Positions 1 through 11,999 of a stretch of 25,919 nt of DNA are shown one piece after another. The stretch covers positions 1 through 25,919 of the forward strand of contig CAXHJY010001107.1 of the NCBI GenBank assembly GCA_964016885.1, in the 5' to 3' direction. The position numbers and the translations under genes are program-made. The notes below the pieces were generated by a model. That model saw nothing but the letters and a program-made list of their open reading frames with translations. It was not told the origin of the DNA and made no database searches. This stretch comes from Eledone cirrhosa. Lineage: Eukaryota. Positions within the stretch are counted from its first letter, which is position 1. Each line of letters opens with the position of its first letter.

Positions 1-3000
1 GATTCCACTAGTAGACTGTAGTAGACTGTAGTAGACTGTAGTAGACTGTAGGTAGACTGTAGTAGACTGAAGTAGACTGTAGTAGTAGACTGTAGTAGAC
101 TGTAGTAGACTGTAGTAGACTGTAGTAGACTGAGTAGTAGACTGTAGTAGACTGTAGTAGTAGACTGTAGTAGACTGTAGTAGACTGAAGTAGACTGAAG
201 TAGTAGACTGTAGTAGACTGTAGTAGACTGTAGTAGACTGTAGTAGACTGTAGTAGTAGACTGTAGTAGACTGTAGTAGACTGTAGTAGTAGACTGTAGT
301 AGACTGTAGTAGACTGTAGTGAGTAGACTGTAGTAGACTGTAGTAGACTGTAGTAGACTGTATTAGACTGTAGTAGTAGATGTAGTAGACTGTAGTAGAC
401 TGTAGTAGACTGTAGTAGACTGTAGTAGACTGAAGTAGTAGACTGTAGTAGACTGTAGTAGACTGTAGTAGACTGTAGTAGACTGTAGTAGTAGACTGTA
501 GTAGACTGTAGTAGACTGTAGTAGACTGTAGTAGACTGAAGTAGTAGACTGTAGTAGACTGTAGTAGACTGTAGTAGACTAGTAGTAGACTGTAGTAGAC
601 TGTAGTAGACTGTAGTAGACTGTAGACTGTAGTAGACTGTAGTAGACTGTAGTAGACTGTAGTAGACTGTAGTAGACTGTAGTAGACTGTAGTAGACTGT
701 AGTAGACTGTAGTAGACTGTAGTAGACTGTAGTAGACTGTAGTAGACTGTAGTAGACTGTAGTAGACTGTAGTAGACTGTAGTAGACTGTAGTAGACTGT
801 AGTAGACTGTAGTAGTAGTAGACTGTAGTAGACTGTAGTAGACTGTAGTAGACTGTAGTAGACTGTAGTAGTAGACTGTAGTAGACTGTAGTAGACTGTA
901 GTAGACTGTAGTAGACTGTAGTAGACTGTAGTAGACTGTAGTAGACTGTAGTAGACTGTAGTAGACTGTAGTAGACTGTAGTAGACTGTAGTAGACTGTA
1001 GTAGACTGTAGTAGACTGTAGTAGACTGTAGTAGACTGTAGTAGACTGTAGTAGACTGTAGTAAGACTGTAGTAGACTGTAGTAGACTGTAGTAGACTGT
1101 AGTAGACTGTAGTAGACTGTAGACTGTAGTAGACTGTAGTAGACTGTAGTAGACTGTAGTAGACTGTAGTAGACTGTAGTAGTAGACTGTAGTAGACTGT
1201 AGTAGACTGTAGTAGACTGTAGGTAGACTGTAGTAGACTGTAGTAGACTGTAGTAGTAGACTGTAGTAGACTGTAGTAGACTGTAGTAGACTGTAGTAGA
1301 CTGTAGTAGACTGTAGTAGACTGTAGTAGAGCTGTAGTAGTAGACTGTAGTAGACTGAAGTAGTAGACTGTAGTAGACTGTAGTAGACTGTAGTAGACTG
1401 TAGTAGACTGTAGTAGACTGTAGTAGTAGACTGTAGTAGACTGTAGTAGACAGTAGTAGACTGTAGTAGACTGTAGTGAGACTGTAGTAGACTGAAGTAG
1501 ACTGAAGTAGTAGACTGTAGTAGACTGTAGTAGACTGTAGTAGACTGTAGTAGTAGACTGTAGTAGACTGTAGTAGACTGTAGTAGACTGTAGTAGACTG
1601 TAGTAGTAGACTGTAGTAGACTGTAGTAGACTGTAGTAGACTGTAGTAGTAGACTGTAGTAGACTGAGTAGACTGTAGTAGTAGACTGTAGTAGACTGTA
1701 GTAGACTGTAGTAGTAGACTGTAGTAGACTGTAGTAGACTGTAGTAGACTGTAGTAGACTGTAGTAGACTGTAGTAGTAGACTGTAGTAGACTGTAGTAG
1801 ACTGTAGTAGACTGTAGTAGTAGACTGTAGTAGACTGAAGTAGACTGAAGTAGTAGACTGTAGTAGACTGTAGTAGACTGTAGTAGACTGTAGTAGTAGA
1901 CTGTAGTAGACTGTAGTAGACTGTAGTAGACTGTAGTAGACTGTAGTAGACTGTAGTAGTAGACTGTAGTAGACTGAAGTAGACTGTAGTAGACTGTAGT
2001 AGACTGTAGTAGACTGTAGTAGACTGAAGAGTAGACTGTAGTAGACTGTAGTAGAACTGTAGTAGTAGACTGTAGTAGACTGAAGTAGTAGACTGTAGTA
2101 GACTGTAGTAGACTGTAGTAGACTGAAGTAGACTGAAGTAGTAGACTGTAGTAGACTGTAGTAGACTGAAGTAGACTGTAGACTGTAGTAGACTGTAGTA
2201 GACTGTAGTAGTAGACTGTAGTAGACTGTAGTAGACTGTAGTAGACTGTAGTAGACTGTAGTAGACTGTAGTAGACTGTAGTAGACTGTAGTAGACTGTA
2301 GTAGACTGTAGTAGACTGTAGTAGTAGACTGTAGTAGACTGTAGTAGACTGTAGTAGACTGTAGTAGCTGTAGACTGTAGTAGTAGACTGTAGTAGACTG
2401 TAGTAGACTGTAGTAGACTGTAGTAGACTGTAGTAGACTGTAGTAGACTGAAGTAGACTGAAGTAGTAGACTGTAGTAGACTGTAGTAGACTGTAGTAGT
2501 AGACTGTAGTAGTAGACTGTAGTAGTAGACTGTAGTAGACTGTAGTAGACTGTAGTAGACTGTAGTAGTAGACTGTAGTAGACTGTAGTAGTAGACTGTA
2601 GTAGACTGAAGTAGACTGTAGTAGACTGTAGTAGTAGACTGTAGTAGACTGTAGTAGACTGTAGTAGGTAGACTGTAGTAGACTGTAGTAGTAGACTGTA
2701 GTAGACTGTAGTAGACTGTAGTAGACTGTAGTAGACTGTAGTAGACTGTAGTAGACTGTAGTAGACTGTAGTAGACTGTAGTAGACTGTAGTAGACTGTA
2801 GTAGACTGTAGACTGTAGTAGACTGTAGTAGTAGACTGTAGTAGACTGAAGTAGACTGTAGTAGACTGTAGTAGTAGACTGTAGTAGACTGTAGACTGTA
2901 GACTGTAGTAGTAGACTGTAGTAGACTGTAGTAGACTGTAGTAGTAGACTGTAGTAGTAGACTGTAGTAGACTGTAGTAGACTGTAGTAGTAGACTGTAG

Positions 3001-6000
3001 TAGACTGTAGTAGACTGTAGTAGACTGTAGTAGACTGTAGTAGTAGACTGTAGTAGACTGAAGTAGACTGTAGTAGACTGTAGTAGTAGACTGTAGTAGA
3101 CTGTAGTAGACTGTAGTAGACTGTAGTAGACTGTAGTAGTAGACTGTAGTAGACTGTAGTAGGACTGTAGTAGACTGTAGTAGTAGACTGTAGTAGACTG
3201 TAGTAGACTGAAGTAGTAGACTGTAGTAGACTGTAGTAGACTGTAGTAGACTGTAGTAGTAGACTGTAGTAGACTGTAGTAGACTGTAGTAGACTGTAGT
3301 AGACTGTAGTAGACTGTAGTAGTAGACTGTAGTAGACTGTAGTAGTAGACTGTAGTAGACTGTAGTAGTAGACTGTAGTAGACTGTAGTAGACTGTAGTA
3401 GACTGTAGTAGTAGACTGTAGTAGACTGTAGTAGACTGAAGTAGTAGACTGTAGTAGACTGTAGTAGACTGTAGTAGACTGTAGTAGTAGACTGTAGTAG
3501 ACTGTAGTAGACTGTAGTAGACTGTAGTAGACTGTAGTAGACTGTAGTAGACTGTAGTAGTAGACTGTAGTAGACTGTAGTAGACTGTAGTAGACTGTAG
3601 TAGTAGACTGTAGTAGACTGTAGTAGACTGTAGAGTAGACTGTAGTAGACTGTAGTAGACTGTAGTAGACTGTAGTAGTAGACTGTAGTAGACTGTAGTA
3701 GACTGTAGTAGACTGTAGTAGACTGTAGTAGACTGAAGTAGTAGACTGTAGTAGACTGTAGTAGACTGTAGTAGACTGTAGTAGACTGTAGTAGACTGTA
3801 GTAGACTGTAGTAGACTGTAGTAGACTGTAGTAGACTGTAGTAGACTGTAGTAGACTGTAGTAGACTGTAGTAGACTGTAGTAGTAGACTGTAGTAGACT
3901 GTAGTAGACTGTAGTAGACTGTAGTAGTAGACTGTAGTAGACTGTAGTAGACTGTAGTAGACTGTAGTAGACTGTAGTAGTAGACTGTAGTAGACTGAAG
4001 TAGACTGTAGTAGACTGTAGTAGTAGACTGTAGTAGACTGTAGTAGACTGTAGTAGACTGTAGTAGTAGACTGTAGTAGACTGTAGTAGACTGAAGTAGA
4101 CTGAAGTAGACTGTAGTAGTAGACTGTAGTAGACTGTAGTAGACTGAAGTAGTAGACTGTAGTAGACTGTAGTAGACTGTAGTAGACTGTAGTAGACTGT
4201 AGTAGTAGACTGTAGTAGACTGTAGTAGACTGAAGTAGTAGACTGTAGTAGACTGTAGTAGACTGTAGTAGACTGTAGTAGTAGACTGTAGTAGACTGTA
4301 GTAGACTGTAGTAGACTGTAGTAGACTGTAGTAGACTGTAGTAGACTGTAGTAGTAGACTGTAGTAGACTGTAGTAGACTGTAGTAGACTGTAGTAGACT
4401 GTAGTAGACTGTAGTAGACTGTAGTAGACTGTAGTAGACTGTAGTAGACTGTAGTAGACTGTAGTAGTAGACTGTAGTAGACTGTAGTAGACTGTAGTAG
4501 ACTGTAGTAGACTGTAGTAGACTGTAGTAGACTGTAGTAGTAGACTGTAGTAGACTGAAGTAGACTGAAGTAGTAGACTGTAGTAGACTGTATAGACTGT
4601 AGTAGACTGTAGTAGTAGACTGTAGTAGACTGTAGTAGACTGTAGTAGACTGTAGTAGACTGTAGTGACTGTAGTAGACTGTAGTAGACTGTAGTAGTAG
4701 ACTGTAGTAGACTGTAGTAGACTGTAGTAGACTGTAGTAGACTGTAGTAGACTGTAGTAGACTGTAGTAGACTGTAGTAGTAGACTGTAGTAGACTGTAG
4801 TAGACTGTAGTAGACTGTAGTAGACTGTAGTAGTAGACTGTAGTAGACTGTAGTAGACTGTAGTAGACTGTAGTAGACTGTAGTAGACTGTAGTAGACTG
4901 TAGTAGACTGTAGTAGACTGTAGTAGACTGTAGTAGTAGACTGTAGTAGACTGTAGTAGACTGAGTAGTAGACTGTAGTAGACTGTAGTAGACTGTAGTA
5001 GACTGTAGTAGTAGACTGTAGTAGACTGTAGTAGACTGTAGTAGACTGTAGTAGACTGTAGTAGACTGTAGTAGACTGTAGTAGTAGACTGTAGTAGACT
5101 GTAGTAGACTGTAGTAGTAGACTGTAGTAGGACTGTAGTAGACTGTAGTAGACTGTAGTAGTAGACTGTAGTAGACTGAAGTAGACTGTAGTAGACTGTA
5201 GTAGACTGTAGTAGACTGTAGTAGACTGTAGTAGTAGACTGTAGTAGTAGACTGTAGTAGACTGTAGTAGACTGTAGTAGACTGTAGTAGACTGTAGTAG
5301 ACTGTAGTAGACTGTAGTAGTAGACTGTAGTAGACTGTAGTAGACTGTAGTAGACTGTAGTAGACTGTAGTAGACTGTAGTAGACTGTAGTAGTAGACTG
5401 TAGTAGTAGACTGTAGTAGTAGACTGTAGTAGACTGTAGTAGACTGTAGTAGTAGACTGTAGTAGACTGTAGTAGACTGTAGTAGACTGTAGTAGTAGAC
5501 TGTAGTAGACTGTAGTAGACTGTAGTAGTAGACTGTAGTAGACTGTAGTAGACTGTAGTAGACTGTAGTAGACTGTAGTAGACTGTAGTAGACTGTAGTA
5601 GTAGACTGGTAGTAGACTGTAGTAGACTGTAGTAGACTGTAGTAGACTGTAGTAGACTGTAGTAGACTGTAGTAGACTGTAGTAGTAGACTGTAGTAGTA
5701 GACTGTAGTAGACTGTAGTAGACTGTAGTAGACTGTAGTAGACTGTAGTAGACTGTAGTAGACTGTAGTAGTAGACTGTAGTAGACTGTAGTAGACTGTA
5801 GTAGACTGTAGTAGTAGACTGTAGTAGACTGTAGTAGACTGTAGTAGTAGACTGTAGTAGACTGTAGTAGACTGTAGTAGACTGTAGTAGGACTGTAGTA
5901 GACTGTAGTAGACTGTAGTAGACTGTAGTAGACTGTAGTAGACTGTAGTAGACTGTAGTAGACTGTAGTAGACTGTAGTAGACTGTAGTAGTAGACTGTA

Positions 6001-9000
6001 GTAGACTGTAGTAGACTGTAGTAGACTGTAGTAGACTGTAGTAGACTTGTAGTAGACTGTAGTAGACTGTAGTAGTAGACTGTAGTAGACTGTAGTAGAC
6101 TGTAGTAGACTGTAGTAGTAGACTGTAGTAGACTGTAGTAGACTGTAGTAGACTGTAGTAGACTGTAGTAGACTGTAGTAGACTGTAGTAGTAGACTGTA
6201 GTAGACTGTAGTAGACTGTAGTAGACTGTAGTAGACTGTAGTAGACTGTAGTAGACTGTAGTAGACTGTAGTAGACTGTAGTAGACTGTAGTAGACTGTA
6301 GTAGACTGTAGTAGACTGTAGTAGACTGTAGTAGACTGTAGTAGACTGTAGTAGTAGACTGTAGTAGACTGTAGTAGACTGTAGTAGACTGTAGTAGACT
6401 GTAGTAGACTGTAGTAGACTGTAGTAGTAGACTGTAGTAGACTGTAGTAGACTGTAGTAGACTGTAGTAGACTGTAGTAGACTGTGTAGTAGACTGTAGT
6501 AGACTGTAGTAGACTGTAGTAGACTGTAGTAGTAGACTGTAGTAGACTGTAGTAGACTGTAGTAGTAGACTGTAGTAGACTGTAGTAGACTGTAGTAGAC
6601 TGTAGTAGACTGTAGTAGACTGTAGTAGACTGTAGTAGTAGACTGTAGTAGACTGTAGTAGACTGTAGTAGACTGTAGTAGACTGTAGTAGACTGTAGTA
6701 GACTGTATAGTAGACTGTAGTAGACTGTAGTAGACTGTAGTAGACTGTAGTAGACTGTAGTAGACTGTAGTAGACTGTAGTAGACTGTAGTAGACTGTAG
6801 TAGACTGTAGTAGACTGTAGTAGACTGTAGTAGACTGTAGTAGACTGTAGTAGTAGACTGTAGTAGACTGTATTAGTAGACTGTAGTAGACTGTAGTAGA
6901 CTGTAGTAGACTGTAGTAGACTGAGTAGTAGACTGTAGTAGACTGTAGTAGTAGACTGTAGTAGACTGTAGTAGACTGTAGTAGACTGTAGTAGACTGTA
7001 GTAGACTGTAGTAGACTGTAGTAGACTGTAGTAGTAGACTGTAGTAGACTGTAGTAGACTGTAGTAGACTGTAGTAGACTGTAGTAGACTGTAGTAGACT
7101 GTAGTAGACTGTAGTAGACTGTAGTAGACTGTAGTAGTAGACTGTAGTAGACTGTAGTAGACTGTAGTAGACTGTAGTAGACTGTAGTAGTAGACTGTAG
7201 TAGACTGTAGTAGACTGTAGTAGACTGTAGTAGACTGTAGTAGACTGTAGTAGTAGACTGTAGTAGTAGACTGTAGTAGACTGTAGTAGACTGTAGTAGA
7301 CTGTAGTAGACTGTAGTAGACTGTAGTAGACTGTAGTAGACTGTAGTAGTAGACTGTAGTAGTAGACTGTAGTAGACTGTAGTAGACTGTAGTAGACTGT
7401 AGTAGACTGTAGTAGTAGACTGTAGTAGTAGACTGTAGTAGACTGTAGTAGACTGTAGTAGACTGTAGTAGACTGTAGTAGACTGTAGTAGACTGTAGTA
7501 GTAGACTGTAGTAGACTGTAGTAGACTGTAGTAGACTGTAGTAGACTGTAGTAGACTGTAGTAGACTGTAGTAGACTGTAGTAGACTGTAGTAGACTGTA
7601 GTAGACTGTAGTAGACTGTAGTAGACTGTAGTAGACTGTAGTAGTAGACTGTAGTAGTAGACTGTAGTAGACTGTAGTAGACTGTAGTAGACTGTAGTAG
7701 ACTGTAGTAGACTGTAGTAGACTGTAGTAGACTGTAGTAGACTGTAGTAGACTGTAGTAGACTGTAGTAGACTGTAGTAGACTGTAGTAGACTGTAGTAG
7801 TAGACTGTAGTAGACTGTAGTAGACTGTAGTAGTAGACTGTAGTAGACTGTAGTAGACTGTAGTAGACTGTAGTAGACTGTAGTAGACTGTAGTAGACTG
7901 TAGTTGACTGTGTAGACTGTAGTAGACTGTAGAGTAGACTGTAGTAGACTGTAGTAGACTGTAGTAGACTGTAGTAGACTGTAGTAGACTGTAGTAGACT
8001 GTAGTAGACTGTAGTAGACTGTAGTAGACTGTAGTAGACGTAGTAGTAGACTGTAGTAGACTGTAGTAGACTGTAGTAGACTGTAGTAGACTGTAGTAGT
8101 AGACTGTAGTAGACTGTAGTAGACTGTAGTAGACTGTAGTAGTAGACTGTAGTAGACTGTAGTAGACTGTAGTAGACTGTAGTAGACTGTAGTAGACTGT
8201 AGTAGTAGACTGTAGTAGACTGTAGTAGACTGTAGTAGACTGTAGTAGTAGACTGTAGTAGACTGTATTAGTAGACTGTAGTAGACTGTAGTAGACTGTA
8301 GTAGACTGTAGTAGACTGTAGTAGACTGTAGTAGACTGTAGTAGACTGTAGTAGACTGTAGTAGACTGTAGTAGTAGACTGTAGTAGACTGTAGTAGACT
8401 GTAGTAGACTGTAGTAGAGACTGTAGTAGACTGTAGTAGACTGTAGTAGACTGTAGTAGACTGTAGTAGACTGTAGTACGTAGACTGTAGTAGACTGTAG
8501 TAGACTGTAGTAGACTGTAGTAGACTGTAGTAGACTGTAGTAGTAGACTGTAGTAGACTGTAGTAGTAGACTGTAGTAGACTGTAGTAGTAGACTGTAGT
8601 AGACTGTAGTAGACTGTAGTAGTAGACTGTAGTAGACTGTAGTAGACTGTAGTAGACTGTAGTAGTAGACTGTAGTAGACTGTAGTAGACTGTAGTAGAC
8701 TGTAGTAGACTGTAGTAGACTGTAGTAGTAGACTGTAGTAGACTGTAGTAGACTGTAGTAGACTGTAGTAGACTGTAGTAGACTGTAGTAGACTGTAGTA
8801 GACTGTAGTAGACTGTAGTAGACTGTAGTAGACTGTAGTAGACTGTAGTAGACTGTAGTAGACTGTAGTAGACTGTAGTAGACTGTAGTAGACTGTAGTA
8901 GACTGTAGTAGACTGTAGTAGACTGTAGTAGTAGACTGTAGTAGACTGTAGTAGACTGTAGTAGACTGTAGTAGACTGTAGTAGACTGTAGTAGACTGTA

Positions 9001-9919
9001 GTAGACTGTAGTAGTAGACTGTATAGTAGACTGTAGTAGACTGTAGTAGACTAGTGACTGTAGTAGACTGTAGTAGACTGTAGTAGTAGACTGTAGTAGT
9101 AGACTGTAGTAGACTGTAGTAGACTGTAGTAGACTGTAGTAGTAGACTGTAGTAGACTGTAGTAGACTGTAGTAGACTGTAGTAGACTGTAGTAGACTGT
9201 AGTAGACTGTAGTAGTAGACTGTAGTAGACTGTAGTAGACTGTAGTAGACTGTAGTAGACTGTAGTAGACTGTAGTAGACTGTAGTAGTAGACTGTAGTA
9301 GACTGTAGTAGACTGTAGTAGACTGTAGTAGACTGTAGTAGACTGTAGTAGACTGTAGTAGACTGTAGTAGACTGTAGTAGACTGTAGTAGACTGTAGTA
9401 GACTGTAGTAGACTGTAGTAGACTGTAGTAGGACTGTAGTAGACTGTAGTAGACTGTAGTAGACTGTAGTAGACTGTAGTAGACTGTAGTAGACTGTAGT
9501 AGACTGTAGTAGACTGTAGTAGTAGACTGTAGTAGACTGTAGTAGACTGTAGTAGACTGTAGTAGACTGTAGTAGACTGTAGTAGACTGTAGTAGACTGT
9601 AGTAGTAGACTGTAGTAGACTGTAGTAGACTGTAGTAGACTGTAGTAGACTGTAGTAGACTGTAGTAGACTGTAGTAGACTGTAGTAGTAGACTGTAGTA
9701 GACTGTAGTAGACTGTAGTAGACTGTAGTAGTAGACTGTAGTAGACTGTAGTAGACTGTAGTAGTAGACTGTAGTAGACTGTAGTAGACTGTAGTAGACT
9801 GTAGTAGACTGTAGTAGACTGTAGTAGACTGTAGTAGACTGTAGTAGACTGTAGTAGACTGTAGTAGACTGTAGTAGTAGACTGTAGTAGACTGTAGTAG
9901 ACTGTAGTAGTAGACTGTA

Positions 9920-11660
9920 GTAGACAGTAGTAGACTGTAGTAGTAGACTGTAGTAGACTGTAGTAGTAGACTGTAGTAGACTGTAGTAGACTGTAGTAGA
10001 CTGTAGTAGACTGTAGTAGACTGTAGTAGACTGTAGTAGACTGTAGTAGTAGACTGTAGTAGACTGTAGTAGACTGTAGTAGACTGTAGTAGACTGTAGT
10101 AGACTGTAGTAGACTGTAGTAGACTGTAGTAGTAGACTGTAGTAGACTGAAGTAGACTGTAGTAGACTGTAGTAGTAGACTGTAGTAGACTGTAGTAGAC
10201 TGTAGTAGTAGACTGTATTAGACTGTAGTAGACTGTAGTAGACTGTAGTAGTAGACTGTAGTAGACTGTAGTAGACTGTAGTAGACTGTAGTAGACTGAA
10301 GTAGACTGAAGTAGTAGACTGTAGTAGACTGTAGTAGACTGTAGTAGACTGTAGTAGACTGTAGTTGACTGTGGTAGACTGTAGTAGACTGTAGTAGTAG
10401 ACTGTAGTAGTAGACTGTAGTAGACTGTAGTAGACTGTAGTAGACTGTAGTAGTAGACTGTAGTAGACTGTAGTAGACTGTAGTAGACTGTAGTAGACTG
10501 TAGTAGACTGTAGTAGACTGTAGTAGTAGACTGTAGTAGACTGTAGTAGACTGTAGTAGACTGTAGTAGACTGTAGTAGACTGTAGTAGACTGTAGTAGT
10601 AGACTGTAGTAGACTGTAGTAGACTGTAGTAGTAGACTGTAGTAGACTGTAGTAGACTGTAGTAGACTGTAGTAGACTGTAGTAGACTGTAGTAGACTGT
10701 AGTAGACTGTAGTAGTAGACTGTAGTAGACTGTAGTAGACTGTAGTAGTAGACTGTAGTAGACTGTAGTAGACTGTAGTAGACTGTAGTAGACTGTAGTA
10801 GACTGTAGTAGTAGACTGTAGTAGACTGTAGTAGACTGTAGTAGTAGACTGTAGTAGACTGTAGTAGACTGTAGTAGACTGTAGTAGACTGTAGTAGACT
10901 GTAGTAGACTGTAGTAGACTGTAGTAGACTGTAGTAGTAGACTGTAGTAGACTGTAGTAGACTGTAGTAGACTGTAGTAGACTGTAGTAGACTGTAGTAG
11001 ACTGTAGTAGACTGTAGTAGTAGACTGTAGTAGACTGTAGTAGACTGTAGTAGACTGTAGTAGTAGACTGTAGTAGACTGTAGTAGACTGTAGTAGTAGA
11101 CTGTAGTAGACAGTAGTAGACTGTAGTAGTAGACTGTAGTAGACTGTAGTAGACTGTAGTAGACTGTAGTAGACTGTAGTAGACTGTAGTAGACTGTAGT
11201 AGACTGTAGTAGTAGACTGTAGTAGACTGTAGTAGACTGTAGTAGTAGACTGTAGTAGACAGTAGTAGACTGTAGTAGTAGACTGTAGTAGACTGTAGTA
11301 GTAGACTGTAGTAGACTGTAGTAGACTGTAGTAGACTGTAGTAGACTGTAGTAGACTGTAGTAGACTGTAGTAGACTGTAGTAGTAGACTGAATTAGTAG
11401 ACTGTAGTAGACTGTAGTAGACTGTAGTAGACTGTAGTAGACTGTAGTAGACTGTAGTAGACTGTAGTAGTAGACTGTAGTAGACTGAAGTAGACTGTAG
11501 TAGACTGTAGTAGTAGACTGTAGTAGACTGTAGTAGACTGTAGTAGTAGACTGTATTAGACTGTAGTAGACTGTAGTAGACTGTAGTAGTAGACTGTAGT
11601 AGACTGTAGTAGACTGTAGTAGACTGTAGTAGACTGAAGTAGACTGAAGTAGTAGACTGT
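9920..11660. repeat. Internal duplication at 1338-bp offset (~9920-10320 versus ~11255-11660)
   Basis: Matching variants: ACAG 9926/11261, CTGAAG 10150/11488, TATTAGAC 10218/11556, double CTGAAG 10299/11637. Confidence 0.8.
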
Positions 11661-11999
11661 AGTAGACTGTAGTAGACTGTAGTAGACTGCAGTAGTAGAC
11701 TGTAGTAGACTGTAGTAGACTGTAGTAGACTGTAGTAGACTGTAGTAGATTGTAGTAGACTGTAGTAGACTGAAGTAGTAGACTGTAGTATACTGCAGTA
11801 GACTGTAGTAGACTGTAGTAGTAGACTGTAGTAGACTGTAGTAGACTGTAGTAGACTGTAGTAGACTGTAGTAGACAGTAGTAGACTGTAGTAGTAGACT
11901 GTAGTAGACTGTAGTAGACTGTAGTAGACTGTAGTAGACTGTAGTAGACTGTAGTAGTAGACTGTAGTAGACTGTAGTAGACTGTAGTAGACTGTAGTA

